A DNA stretch of 64,000 nucleotides from an uncultured delta proteobacterium (GCA_963713045.1 CAVQKE010000001.1:416001-480000), one strand, 5' to 3'; numbered from the stretch's first letter, positions 47,830-57,593 are shown. Notes: generated by a model not told the origin, from the letters alone. Program-made: numbers and translations.

Positions 47830-48444
47830 ATGCAAAACCTCCGCGAGAAGCTGTTGAAGGCGGGACTCGTCTCTGCCGAGCAGGCCACCGAGCCCAGGCC
47901 CGCGCCCCAGTCCCCAGTCCCCGCGGTACCGCCAGCCCAGGCCACGCGGCTTGCAGCGCGTCCGCAGGCCGCGCCTGCCTCAGCGCCCCTAATTGCCGTG
48001 CGGCGCGAGCCCCTTTTGCCAAAGTTGCCGCCCCTTCCCGGCAGTCGCGAAGCGCAGCGCATGGAATCACGCAAGCAGCTGGAACAGGACCGGGAGTTGC
48101 ACCGGCGCGTCACTGCCGCCCTGGTGCCGCTGTGTCCTGGAGAGCGCGCCTTCTACTTCGTCACCCGGAAAAGCCGGCTGCGCCGTCTGGAATTGTCGGC
48201 CGAGCAAGCCGCGGCGCTCGAGTCCGGAGTCCTGGCGGTGGTGGAGCGCCCTGAGCCGGGGCAGATTGGACACGCCCTGGTGCCGGCGGCCACTGCCGAG
48301 GCGCTGCTGCGAGACTTCCCCAAGGCGGTGCGCTTCTTCAACCGGGAAGGCGAGCCGGTGGGCTTTCTCTCGGAGGAGGAATTGCGCAGCCGCCAGGCCT
48401 TGGAGGCCGAGGAAGACGGCCGGCCGAATGCGGCGGAGTCTTGA
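47830..48444 (+). CDS. DUF2058/YaiL-like protein
   Basis: MQNLREKLLKAGLVS N-terminus; FYFVTRK...LESGVLAVV. Confidence 0.75.
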   Translation: MQNLREKLLKAGLVSAEQATEPRPAPQSPVPAVPPAQATRLAARPQAAPASAPLIAVRREPLLPKLPPLPGSREAQRMESRKQLEQDRELHRRVTAALVPLCPGERAFYFVTRKSRLRRLELSAEQAAALESGVLAVVERPEPGQIGHALVPAATAEALLRDFPKAVRFFNREGEPVGFLSEEELRSRQALEAEEDGRPNAAES

Positions 48445-48470
48445 AGAGGCTTTTCTGACTTCTTGGGCCC

Positions 48471-49652
48471 TTAGCTGAAGGCGTCCAGTCCGGTAATGGC
48501 CTTGCCCAACAGCAGCGTGTGGACTTCGTGCGTGCCCTCGTAGGTGTAGACCGACTCCAAATTCAACAGGTGGCGAATGGGCGGCGTGTCGTCGGTAATG
48601 CCGCTCGCCCCGTACACGCTTCGGGCCTCGCGGGCCGTCTCCAACGCGGCCCGGACGTTGGCCCGCTTGGCCAGCGAGATGAGGGTGGGCGAGGCCTTTC
48701 CCGCGTCCTTCTGCCGCAGCAGGTGCAGCCCGAGTCGTTGCGCCAGCACAATGCGCTCCAGCATGTCGGCCAGCTTGGCTTGGGTGAGTTGGAAGGCGGC
48801 AATGGGCCGGCCAAACTGCCGGCGTTCCAGGGCATGCGCCCGCGCTCCCTCAAAGCAGGCGATGGCCGCGCCGGTGACGCTGAAGGCAATGCCGGCGCGC
48901 GCCTGGTTGAGGCAACTCAACGGTCCCTTCAACCCCTGGACGCCGGGAAGCACGTCGCCGTCCGGCACGCGGACCTCCACCAGGGAAAGTTCGGCGGTGG
49001 AGGAAGCGCGAAGTGAGAATTTGCCGGCAATCTCCCGCGCGCTGAAACCGGGAGTGCCTCGCTCGACGAGGAAGCCGCGGACCGACTCCGGGCCCCCCGC
49101 GTCCGTCTTGGCCCACACCAGGGCGACGTCGGCCAGCGCGCCGTTGGTAATCCACGCCTTGCCGCCATTCAGCAACCAGCCTTGGCCGTCCCGCACGGCC
49201 CGGGTGCGCAGGCTGGCCGGGTCGGACCCGGCCTCCGTCTCGGTGAGGCCGAAGCAGCCAATGGCCTGCCCGCGGGCCAGCGCCGGAAGCCAGCGCTGCT
49301 TCTGCGCGTCCGAGCCGTAGTGGTGAATGGGCCACATCACCAGCGAGCTCTGGACACTGGCAAAGCTGCGCAGCCCGGAGTCGCCGCGCTCCAGCTCCTG
49401 CATCGCCAGGCCATAGGCCACATTGGACATTCCGGCGCAGCCGTAGCCGCCGAGGCTGGCGCCCAGCACGCCCAATTCGCCGAGGCGAGGGACCAGCGTC
49501 CTGGGAAAGGTGCTGTTGCGAAAGTGTTGGGCGATGACGGGCAGCACTTCGCTCTGCACCAGGCGCGCCACCACGTCGCGCACCGCGACTTCTTCGGCCG
49601 TCAGGCTGTCGTCCAGCCGATACAGCTCGGCGACGTCCGGGGTGGTCGACAT
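48471..49652 (-). CDS. Acyl-CoA dehydrogenase, glutaryl-CoA dehydrogenase type
   Basis: ELERGDSGLRSFASVQSSL, GCFGLTE, KFSLRAS, YTYEGTHEVH. Confidence 0.92.
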   Translation of the reverse strand: MSTTPDVAELYRLDDSLTAEEVAVRDVVARLVQSEVLPVIAQHFRNSTFPRTLVPRLGELGVLGASLGGYGCAGMSNVAYGLAMQELERGDSGLRSFASVQSSLVMWPIHHYGSDAQKQRWLPALARGQAIGCFGLTETEAGSDPASLRTRAVRDGQGWLLNGGKAWITNGALADVALVWAKTDAGGPESVRGFLVERGTPGFSAREIAGKFSLRASSTAELSLVEVRVPDGDVLPGVQGLKGPLSCLNQARAGIAFSVTGAAIACFEGARAHALERRQFGRPIAAFQLTQAKLADMLERIVLAQRLGLHLLRQKDAGKASPTLISLAKRANVRAALETAREARSVYGASGITDDTPPIRHLLNLESVYTYEGTHEVHTLLLGKAITGLDAFS

Positions 49653-49706
49653 GGTGTCTGGCCTCTGCCTTTCCCTTCAGCCAAAAAGCTTCCGCCCGGC
49701 GTTTGC

Positions 49707-50795
49707 CTACAGCTGCAGGACGCCCTCCACCCGGGACATCAACCCCACCCGGCGCTGGGTGACGGGGCTTGAGCCGTCGAGCAGACGGGCGGTCTCGCTC
49801 AGCACCATCTGCAGGGGGAAGCGCCGCACCGAGGCGTCGGAGGTGGTGATGCCGCCCGGCACCGGGGACTGCCAACCCACCATCTCGTCGGTGGCCCCTT
49901 CCAACAAGGCGGTGATGGCAGCGAAAGCCAGCCGGGCAGCCACCATGCGGTCCAAAAAGGACGGGTTTCCGCCGCGCACCAAGTGTCCCAGGACGACCCC
50001 TCGAATTTCCAGGCCCGGCAGGACCGGCTTCACCGACTCCTCCACCAGGTGCACCAGGCGCAAGGTGGGCACCTCCACGCCCTCGGCCTTGAGGACCAGC
50101 ACCCGGCGCTTGCCGCGCTGGGTGAAGGCCTTGCGGACGACGTCGGCGACGGCCTCCACCAGCGCTTCCGGCGTGCGTTGCTGTTCGCGAAACACCACCG
50201 CATCCGCACCCACCGCCACTGCGGCGGCCATCGCCAGGTAGCCCGACTGCCGGCCCATCACTTCCACCACAAAGGCACGCCGGTGCGAGCGGGCCGTGTC
50301 CGAAATCCGGTCGCAGGCCTCGACGATGGTGTTGAGGGCGGTGTCCACGCCGATGCAGGTGCCGGTACAGCCAATGTCGTTGTCGATGGAGCCGGGCACC
50401 CCCACCACCGCGATGCCCGTCTCTTGCGCCAACAGGTGCGCCCCGGTGAGCGAGCCATTCCCGCCCACCACCAAAAGGCCGGAGACGCCGCGCTGGCGAA
50501 GCTGTTCGGCCGCACTGGCCCGTCCCTCCGGGCTTCGGAAGCGTTCGCTGCGGGCGGTGCCGAGAATCGTCCCGCCCTGCCGGGCGGCGAAGTCCAAGGC
50601 ATTGGTGTCGAAGGTGTCTGCGTCGACGGCCCCCGGCCCCAAGGCGACGAAGCGCCCGTCCATCAACCCGTCGTAGCCGTCGCGGACGCCCAGCACCGCC
50701 GCTCCTCGGGCGGCCGCCGTCTGGGCCGCCGCGCGCAGCGCGGCATTCATCCCAGGCCCGTCCCCCCCAGAGGTGAGAAGTGCGACCGTCGTCAC
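49707..50795 (-). CDS. pfkA: ATP-dependent 6-phosphofructokinase
   Basis: LLTSGGDGPGMNAA, GGTILGTARS, GGNGS, PGSIDND, VEVMGR, LGHLVRGG; GTG start with GGGGAG RBS. Confidence 0.93.
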   Translation of the reverse strand: MTTVALLTSGGDGPGMNAALRAAAQTAAARGAAVLGVRDGYDGLMDGRFVALGPGAVDADTFDTNALDFAARQGGTILGTARSERFRSPEGRASAAEQLRQRGVSGLLVVGGNGSLTGAHLLAQETGIAVVGVPGSIDNDIGCTGTCIGVDTALNTIVEACDRISDTARSHRRAFVVEVMGRQSGYLAMAAAVAVGADAVVFREQQRTPEALVEAVADVVRKAFTQRGKRRVLVLKAEGVEVPTLRLVHLVEESVKPVLPGLEIRGVVLGHLVRGGNPSFLDRMVAARLAFAAITALLEGATDEMVGWQSPVPGGITTSDASVRRFPLQMVLSETARLLDGSSPVTQRRVGLMSRVEGVLQL

Positions 50796-50930
50796 AAGGG
50801 GCTCCCCATGGGGGTTGCCGTCCGTCCCGTCCCCCAAAGCTGCTGCCTGGGGAAGCCTGCCCCAACTGCCGGTGTCCTGTCCCGCGCCGGCGAGGAACCG
50901 AAGAGGGCTAACCTCTGCCCGCAAGGGCGC

Positions 50931-51713
50931 ATGACGGACTCCTCCTTCTCCTCGCGCGGTGTGGTGGTGACTGGCGCCAACCGCGGCATTGGCCAGGCGG
51001 TGGCGTTGGCCTTCCTGGAAGCCGGCTGGCCGGTGGTGGCGGTGGCCCGCACCGCCGCCTCGCTGGAGGGCCTGGCCGAGTGGGCCGGGCCGCGGCGCGC
51101 AGCCCTGGAGTCGGTGGCCTGTGACTTGGCCGACGCGGAGGCGCTTGCTTTCACCTGCCGACAGCTGCAAGCCCGCGCCCGGGCGCCGGCCGTCCTCGTC
51201 AACAACGCCGGCGTGTCCCTCGGCGCCCCGGTGGAGCGGACGGCCCGGGCGCAGCTGGAACGGCTTTTGGCCATCAACACCGTGGCGCCGTACCTTCTGT
51301 GTGCGGCGCTCCTCCCGGGCATGGCGCGCGAGGGCGGCGGGCGCGTCGTCAACATCGCCTCCATCGCCGGCCTGCGCGGCATGCGCTACACCTCGGCCTA
51401 CTGCGCCAGCAAACACGCCCTGGTGGGCCTCACCCGGGCACTGGCGGTGGAGTGGGCGGACCGCGCCATCACCGTCAACGCGGTGTGCCCAGGCTGGACG
51501 GAGACGGACATGCTGGAGCAAGCCGTGGAGGCGGTGTCCGAGAAAACCGGCCGCAGCCCGGACAAGGCGCGGGCCGCCATTTTGGGCCGCACGCCGCTCG
51601 GCCGGCCCGTCCTTCCGCAGGAAGTGGCGGCGCTGGTGCTGCACCTGGCCTCCCCGCTGGCCGCCTCCCTCACCGGAGCGGCCCTTCCACTGGACGGGGG
51701 CGAGTCGGCCTAA
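50931..51713 (+). CDS. Short-chain dehydrogenase/reductase
   Basis: TGANRGIG, NNAG, YCASK, VCPGWTET. Confidence 0.93.
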   Translation: MTDSSFSSRGVVVTGANRGIGQAVALAFLEAGWPVVAVARTAASLEGLAEWAGPRRAALESVACDLADAEALAFTCRQLQARARAPAVLVNNAGVSLGAPVERTARAQLERLLAINTVAPYLLCAALLPGMAREGGGRVVNIASIAGLRGMRYTSAYCASKHALVGLTRALAVEWADRAITVNAVCPGWTETDMLEQAVEAVSEKTGRSPDKARAAILGRTPLGRPVLPQEVAALVLHLASPLAASLTGAALPLDGGESA

Positions 51714-51802
51714 CCCCCCAGTCGCGGGGCCGAAGCGGGAGGGAGGCTTGAAATGCGCAAAAATCAGACTAATACAAGGGCCGCGTGCGGGGAGGAACTC
51801 TA

Positions 51803-52699
51803 ATGCAACTCGAGTCGCTGAAGATGTTCTGCGACGTGGTGGAGACGGGTTCCTTCTCCCGGGCCGCCCAGCTCAACCACGTCACCCAGTCCGCCGTCAG
51901 CCAGCAGATTCGTGCGCTGGAGACGCGCTACCACCAGAAGCTGCTCAGCCGCAGCGCGCGTCAGGTGACGCCGACGCCGGCAGGCGAGCGCCTCTTTCGA
52001 GGCAGCAAGGAGATTCTCACCCGCTTCGGTGAAGTGGAGACGGAAATCCGCGAGCAGTCGGCGGAGGTGGTGGGGACCGTGACGGTGTCCACCATCTATT
52101 CGGTCGGGCTGCATGAGTTGCAGGAGTTGCAGAAGAACGTCCTACGGACGCACCCCAAAGTGAATATGCGGTTGCTCTACCGGCGGGCGGACCAGGTGTA
52201 CGACGACGTCATCCTCGGCCAGGCGGAAATTGGCGTGGTGGCCTATCCGCTGGCCCGGGCCGGCGTGGATGTGCTGGCCTTCCGCGACGACCGGCTGGGC
52301 GTGGTGGCCGCACCCACCCACCCCTTCGCTTCCAAGGCCAAAGTGTCCATCCAAGCCCTGGCCGGCACGCCCTTCATTTCCTTTGACCGCGAGTCGCCGA
52401 CGCGCAAGGCGCTGGAACGCGTCTTCCGGGAGAAGGGCGTGGTGCTGGAACCGGCGATGGAAATGGACAACGTGGAAACCATCAAGCGCGCTGTCGAGCT
52501 GGGGCTGGGCGCAGCGGTGCTGCCGTTGGCCTGCGTCGAGCACGAGGTGGGCGCCGGCAGCTTGGTGGCCAAGCCCTTCGCCGAGGGCACCATCTCGCGC
52601 CCCATCGGCATCCTCATCCGCAAGGGCAAGTACCTGGACCGCGCCGCTCAAGCGGTGCTCGACGCCTTCAAGGCAGCCGCTTCCGAGAAAGAGGACTAA
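51803..52699 (+). CDS. LysR-family transcriptional regulator
   Basis: GSFSRAAQLNHVTQSAVSQQIRALE HTH plus substrate-binding domain; GGAGG RBS. Confidence 0.95.
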   Translation: MQLESLKMFCDVVETGSFSRAAQLNHVTQSAVSQQIRALETRYHQKLLSRSARQVTPTPAGERLFRGSKEILTRFGEVETEIREQSAEVVGTVTVSTIYSVGLHELQELQKNVLRTHPKVNMRLLYRRADQVYDDVILGQAEIGVVAYPLARAGVDVLAFRDDRLGVVAAPTHPFASKAKVSIQALAGTPFISFDRESPTRKALERVFREKGVVLEPAMEMDNVETIKRAVELGLGAAVLPLACVEHEVGAGSLVAKPFAEGTISRPIGILIRKGKYLDRAAQAVLDAFKAAASEKED

Positions 52700-52729
52700 G
52701 CCCCGACGGGGCCCCGGGCGGCCAAGGGG

Positions 52730-53407
52730 TTACGGCGCGGCCCCATCCACCGGCCCCTTGGCCTCGCGGTAGCCAGGGGGAATGTCGAAGGTGGATGCCG
52801 GAAGGTGTTTGGGCTGCACCCGCACCGCCTCCACGCCCGTCTCCTTGCTGCCTTGGGCGGTGGAGCGAAACAGCATTTTCAACGGAAGCCCCTGGAGGCT
52901 GGCCGCTTTGAGAGCGGTCCACCACGCGTCGCCCCCGTTTCTATCGAAGGCGGAGACGAAGCGGGCCGGCGGAACCAGCGAAGTGTCAATCCACAGCTCC
53001 TGCTCCTTGCCCTGGGCAGCCGAGGTGAGCAGCACGTGCTGCACCGTTCGGCCAAGCATCGTGCCGGTGCCCAGTCGCTTCAGGGCGGGCGGGGCCGAGC
53101 CGGGGTCCTCGGCGGGCGTGGCGTTGTCGAACTTCTGGTACGTCTTGTGGGCCTCGTCCAGCGTGTAGGTGACGTTCGGCTCACTGGCCCGCACCAGCGA
53201 CACCATCTGGAAGGGCTGCTTGGCCGTCTGGGCAACCAGCTCGGAGCGCATCCCCGCCGGACTGACCAGAATGCGCACCGTCCCGCCGGTCCAGCCGCCC
53301 TTGGCGCTGGCATCGGTGAGAATCCTCATGTCGAGCTCGCCCTCGAATTCAGCGGCCGCCGCTGGCAGCGCGCACAGGGTGAGGCCGAGGAGAAGGGCGC
53401 GGCGCAG
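52730..53407 (-). CDS. DUF4412-like exported protein, paralog 2 (probable CTG start)
   Basis: EFEG, ELWIDTSL, GLPLK, STFDIPPGYRE; signal peptide lies upstream of the first ATG (53329). Confidence 0.72.
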   Translation of the reverse strand: MRRALLLGLTLCALPAAAAEFEGELDMRILTDASAKGGWTGGTVRILVSPAGMRSELVAQTAKQPFQMVSLVRASEPNVTYTLDEAHKTYQKFDNATPAEDPGSAPPALKRLGTGTMLGRTVQHVLLTSAAQGKEQELWIDTSLVPPARFVSAFDRNGGDAWWTALKAASLQGLPLKMLFRSTAQGSKETGVEAVRVQPKHLPASTFDIPPGYREAKGPVDGAAP

Positions 53408-53441
53408 GGGGCTTTCCCGGGGGGAGAGGTGGGGGCGGCTT

Positions 53442-54200
53442 CTACTGCTGGTACTTCTTCATCATCTCCTCAAATTTCGCGCGCTGCTCCGGCGTCATCT
53501 TCTTCAGGGCCTCGTCGCGCTGCTTCTTGAGGGCCGCCTGCTGCCCGGGAGCTGCCAAGTCCAGCGGGTCCTTGGCCTCGCGGAAGTCGGCCGGAACCTG
53601 AAACATCGTCTTGGACAGGCTCTTCTTCTCGACGCTGGTGGCCTCCCAGCCGGAGTCTCCGTTGAGTTCCTTCAGGGGGATGCCGAGCACCCCCGCCTTT
53701 TCCAGCGCTCGCCAGGAGCTGTTTCGTTCCCCCTGCTGCTGGCTAAAGGCGGCCAGCGCCGCCGCAGGGAAGTGGAGCGAGGTGTCAATCCACAGTTCCG
53801 AGGTGCGGTTGTTGGCGAAGGTCACCTTCACCCGCTCCACCGAGTGACCGAGGAATGTCGTCCGGCCCAGTTTCTCCACCTTCGGACTCTCCCCCTCGCT
53901 GCTCTTCACCTTGGTGAGGTCGTGCTTCATGTAGGCCTTGGCTTCGTCATTCAAAAGGTAGGTGACGCCAGGCTCGTCGGCACGCCACAGCATCGTCATC
54001 TGAAAGGGCGCCCCGCTGGCTCCCGGCTTTTGCCCGGAGGCCTCCACCCGGAAGCCGGCGGGTGAGAGGTACATCTTCATGGTGTTGACGGACGGGGCCG
54101 CAGAGCCGCCGCTCACCGGGTGTCCGGTGATGACGCCCTCAAAGTCCCCGGCCCAGCTGGGGAGTGCCACAAGGGTGAGGCACAGGAAAACCTGTCGCAT
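53442..54200 (-). CDS. DUF4412-like exported protein, paralog 1
   Basis: Signal peptide, DFEG, ELWIDTSL, GIPLK, MFQVPADFRE; AAGGAG RBS. Confidence 0.78.
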   Translation of the reverse strand: MRQVFLCLTLVALPSWAGDFEGVITGHPVSGGSAAPSVNTMKMYLSPAGFRVEASGQKPGASGAPFQMTMLWRADEPGVTYLLNDEAKAYMKHDLTKVKSSEGESPKVEKLGRTTFLGHSVERVKVTFANNRTSELWIDTSLHFPAAALAAFSQQQGERNSSWRALEKAGVLGIPLKELNGDSGWEATSVEKKSLSKTMFQVPADFREAKDPLDLAAPGQQAALKKQRDEALKKMTPEQRAKFEEMMKKYQQ

Positions 54201-54328
54201 GCGGGGCTCCTTCACCTTAGGCGGGCACTGTTGCCCGCGCCCAGGGCCGCAGTCTGCCCTTGTCCGGGCTAGGAGGGACAGCCCGAAAGGGCTGCGGCCT
54301 CTGGCCGACCCGGGGTGCAGCGCGGCCT

Positions 54329-55645
54329 TCAGTGCCGGCGCAGCCGGGCCGCGAAAAATCCATCGCGGCCTTCGGGCCCAGGCAGCGTCCGGAGGCAGCC
54401 CGCCTCCAAGGGAAGCTGCGGCGCGAGCGGCCCCTGCGGCGTCTCCAGCGTGAAGTCGGGGAAGGCCTGCAGGAAGTGCTGCAGCTGCTGCGGGCCTTCC
54501 TCGGCCTCCGTTGAGCACACCGCGTAGACGAGCAATCCCCCGCTGGGCACGGCCGTCTGGGCAACCTCCAAGAGGGTTTGCTGGAGGGCCGCCAAGCGGG
54601 GGAGGTCCTCCGGGAGACGGCGGTAGCGCAGTTCCGGGTTGCGGCGCAGCGTGCCCAGTCCGGAGCAGGGCGCGTCCAGAAGCACCACCTGGAAGGGACC
54701 CAGGTCCGCCGGCAACGGCTTCGTGGCGTCATGCGCGCGAAGGCTGACCTGCGCGCTCAACCCAAGGCGGGCCGCCTCGGCGCGGACCGCCTCCAGCTTC
54801 CGCGGCTGAATGTCCAGCGCCACCACCGGGCCGCGCTCGGCAAGCTGGCAGGTTTTCCCGCCGGGCGCAGCGCACAGGTCCAACACCCGTGCCCCCTGAG
54901 GCACCTCGGCGTAATGCACCACCAGCTGTGCCGCCTCGTCCTGCACCTGCCACAGCCCTTCCCGGAAGCCCAAGATGGACTCCACCCGTCCGGGCGCCTG
55001 CAGGCGAAGACCCAAAGGCGCACAGTCGGTGGGCCGGGGCCGGAGCCCGGCCTCGTCCAACAGGGCGAGAAGCTCCTCGCGCGTGGTCCGCGTCGCGTTG
55101 GCCCGCAGCACCAGCGGCGGCGGTTGGTTGTCGGCGGCCAGCATGGCCAGGGTGCGCTCTTGACCGAAGGCGCCGAGCCAGCGTTCCACCAGCCACGCGG
55201 GGTGGCTTTCCCGGACGGAGAGGAAGGGTGCTTCGGGTTCAGCCGGCGGCAGCGGCTGGGCAGGCAAGGCCGACAGCTTCCGCAGGACGGCGTTGACGAA
55301 GCCTGCGGCGCGGGCCAGCCCGACTTCCTTCAAGGCCTGCACCGTCTCGGCCACCGCCGCCCGGGCCGGCATCCTGGCGTAGAAGAGTTGGTAGGCCCCC
55401 ACCCGCAACGCGGCCAGCACCCTATCCTCCAGCGTTGACAGGCGCCGGTCGCACACCCCAGCCAGCGCATAGTCCAGCGTCAGACGCCGGCGGGTGGCGC
55501 CGTAGCACAACTCGGTCACCAAGGAGGCGTCGCGCGCGTCCCGCAGCACCGTCTCGCTGAGGCGCGCGTCGAGGACGGGCGTCAACCAAGCGTCGGTGGC
55601 CTCCACCCGCGCCAGAACTTCAATGGCCAGCGCCCGCGCCGTCAT
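54329..55645 (-). CDS. rsmB: 16S rRNA m5C967 methyltransferase RsmB/Sun
   Basis: NusB-like N-terminus (FVNAVLR), SHPAWL, VQDEAAQ, DLCAAPGGKT, DAPCSG, YAVCS. Confidence 0.95.
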   Translation of the reverse strand: MTARALAIEVLARVEATDAWLTPVLDARLSETVLRDARDASLVTELCYGATRRRLTLDYALAGVCDRRLSTLEDRVLAALRVGAYQLFYARMPARAAVAETVQALKEVGLARAAGFVNAVLRKLSALPAQPLPPAEPEAPFLSVRESHPAWLVERWLGAFGQERTLAMLAADNQPPPLVLRANATRTTREELLALLDEAGLRPRPTDCAPLGLRLQAPGRVESILGFREGLWQVQDEAAQLVVHYAEVPQGARVLDLCAAPGGKTCQLAERGPVVALDIQPRKLEAVRAEAARLGLSAQVSLRAHDATKPLPADLGPFQVVLLDAPCSGLGTLRRNPELRYRRLPEDLPRLAALQQTLLEVAQTAVPSGGLLVYAVCSTEAEEGPQQLQHFLQAFPDFTLETPQGPLAPQLPLEAGCLRTLPGPEGRDGFFAARLRRH

Positions 55646-56481
55646 CCGTCCAGGGCCGTCATCAGCTCCACCAGCTGCTCGTCGCCCAGCCGAGACGGCT
55701 TCTGCACCGCGAGCAGCAGTTGCTGCAGCGTCTCCTCCAACAGCTCGCGCTGACCGCTCTCCGCCGGCGCGCCGCGCTGCAAGTCCAACCACTGGCCGCG
55801 GGCCCAGGTGGCGAGGCCCGCCGGGGTGATGCGGCCCGCCAGGCGGTCGGCAATGCGGGCGCGCAGCTTGCTGCGGCTGAGGGCGCCTTCGGCAACGGCG
55901 CGCCCGGTGGGGGCCACCGCCGGTTGGGCGGCGCGGCGCCCCAGCGTCTTGGCGGCAGGCCGGGCCGGCGCTGCCGGTGGGGCAGGCGCCGGCCGCCGGC
56001 CGAGAGGTTCCTTGCGGGCCGGAGGCGCCTTGCGCTCGGCCACCGGCCGGGGCCGAAGGCCCGCGGTGGCCAGGCGCTCCAGGGCGTGGAGGTAGCCCTC
56101 CGGGCCTTCGCCCACCACGCGCGCGACGCAGACGTCCTGAAGCAGCGAATGGCGGCGCACCGACGCCTTGCCGGAGGCGTCGTGCAGGTGCACCTCCACC
56201 ACCGGCAGCCCCACCGCCGCCACCGCCTCGTGCAGCACGTGCGAAGTCAGGGCCAACAGCCCCGGTGACAACACCACCGCCTCGGCCCAACCCCCGGGGT
56301 TGCGGAGTGCGTCGAGGAGGGCCCCCTCGTGGTTGCTTTGCAGCGAGCGGACCGTCAAGCCGAGGCGCCGGGCGCGCTCGGCAATTCGGCGGTCCAGGCT
56401 AGGCAGGGACAGGGACGGGTCATCGCCCGGGCGGCGTCCGAGGAGGTCGAGATTTGGTCCATGCAGCACAAGCACATTCAT
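55642..56481 (-). CDS. Type II 3-dehydroquinase (AroQ)-like protein, degenerate, with C-terminal extra domain
   Basis: HGPNL.LLG, QSNHEG, VEVHL; lacks the EPxxYG Tyr and the NP Asn; about 130-aa extension. Confidence 0.8.
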   Translation of the reverse strand: MNVLVLHGPNLDLLGRRPGDDPSLSLPSLDRRIAERARRLGLTVRSLQSNHEGALLDALRNPGGWAEAVVLSPGLLALTSHVLHEAVAAVGLPVVEVHLHDASGKASVRRHSLLQDVCVARVVGEGPEGYLHALERLATAGLRPRPVAERKAPPARKEPLGRRPAPAPPAAPARPAAKTLGRRAAQPAVAPTGRAVAEGALSRSKLRARIADRLAGRITPAGLATWARGQWLDLQRGAPAESGQRELLEETLQQLLLAVQKPSRLGDEQLVELMTALDG

Positions 56482-56507
56482 AGTGGCGTCTCGCGAATGA
56501 AGCGGCT

Positions 56508-57449
56508 TTAGGCTGGCATCTCATCAAAGGGCCGCGATTCCACCGCCAATGGGTGGCCGCGGAGGAAGTCGGCCGCCGGCATTCTGCGCTTTCCTTCGGC
56601 CTGCAACTCCATCAGCAGAAGCGAACCTTGGGACGTGGCGACCTCCAGCAGCCCGTCCGTCCGGAGGACGGTCCCCGGAGGCCCGGCGCCTTGGCCCACC
56701 CGGGCGCGGTGCACCTTGAGGAGGTGGCCGCCGAGAGTGGTCCAGGCGCCCGGCCAGGGAGTGAAGGCGCGCACCCGGCGCTCCAGCACCCGCGCCGGCA
56801 GACGGAAATCCAGAAACCCGTCGCGCTTCTCCACCACCCGGGCCAGCGTCACCCCCTCCCGCGGCTGCGGGACGGGCAACAGCGCCCCGGCGAAAAAACG
56901 GGGCAACTCCTGGCGCAGCAGCTCGCCCCCCAAGGCAGACAGGCGCAGCGACAGCGACTCGGTGGTGTCCTCCGGGCCAATGGCCTCCCGCCGCGCCGCC
57001 AGGACGGGCCCGGTGTCCAGCCCGACGTCCATCTGCATCAGGCACACCCCAGTCTCTGTGTCTCCCTCGGCAATGGCCCATTGGATGGGGGCCGCCCCGC
57101 GCCAGCGCGGCAGCAGGGAGGCGTGCACGTTGAGACTGCCGCGGCGCGGCGCGGCGAGGACGTCCGAGGGAAGAATGCGGCCATAGGCCGTCACCACCGT
57201 CACTTCCGGCCGAAGTGCGGACAGCTGATGCGCGAAGTCCGTGCCTTTCAGGCGCGGCGGCTGCAGCACCGGCAAGCCGGCGGCCTGCGCTGCCACTTTC
57301 ACCGCCGACGCCTGCGCAGCGTGCCCGCGGCCCTTGGGACGGTCCGGCTGCGTCACCACCGCCACCACCTCGCCGACCAGGCGACAGGCCTCCAGCGACG
57401 GGACGGCGAGGGCGGGGGTGCCCATGAAGACGATGCGCGGACGGTCCAT
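56508..57449 (-). CDS. fmt: Methionyl-tRNA formyltransferase
   Basis: IVFMGTP, VVTQPDRP, NVHASLLPRWRGAAPI, GLDTG, PWPGA. Confidence 0.97.
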   Translation of the reverse strand: MDRPRIVFMGTPALAVPSLEACRLVGEVVAVVTQPDRPKGRGHAAQASAVKVAAQAAGLPVLQPPRLKGTDFAHQLSALRPEVTVVTAYGRILPSDVLAAPRRGSLNVHASLLPRWRGAAPIQWAIAEGDTETGVCLMQMDVGLDTGPVLAARREAIGPEDTTESLSLRLSALGGELLRQELPRFFAGALLPVPQPREGVTLARVVEKRDGFLDFRLPARVLERRVRAFTPWPGAWTTLGGHLLKVHRARVGQGAGPPGTVLRTDGLLEVATSQGSLLLMELQAEGKRRMPAADFLRGHPLAVESRPFDEMPA

Positions 57450-57564
57450 GGGGTGCCCCCGTCTTCTTGGAGAGAAGGGGGCCGAGGAAGGGGCGTGCCA
57501 CTAGGTACGCCAGCGGGAGGGGGGAAGGCCAGAGGTCGGGGAACGTCTTACCCAGGAGCGAGAA

Positions 57565-57593
57565 TTGACCGACGAGGGGTGCTCGTCTATGCC
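57565..57593 (+). promoter_or_regulatory. Candidate sigma70 promoter of the HEAT lipoprotein gene
   Basis: TTGACC-N17-TATGCC, GGAGG RBS before the ATG at 57630. Confidence 0.5.
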
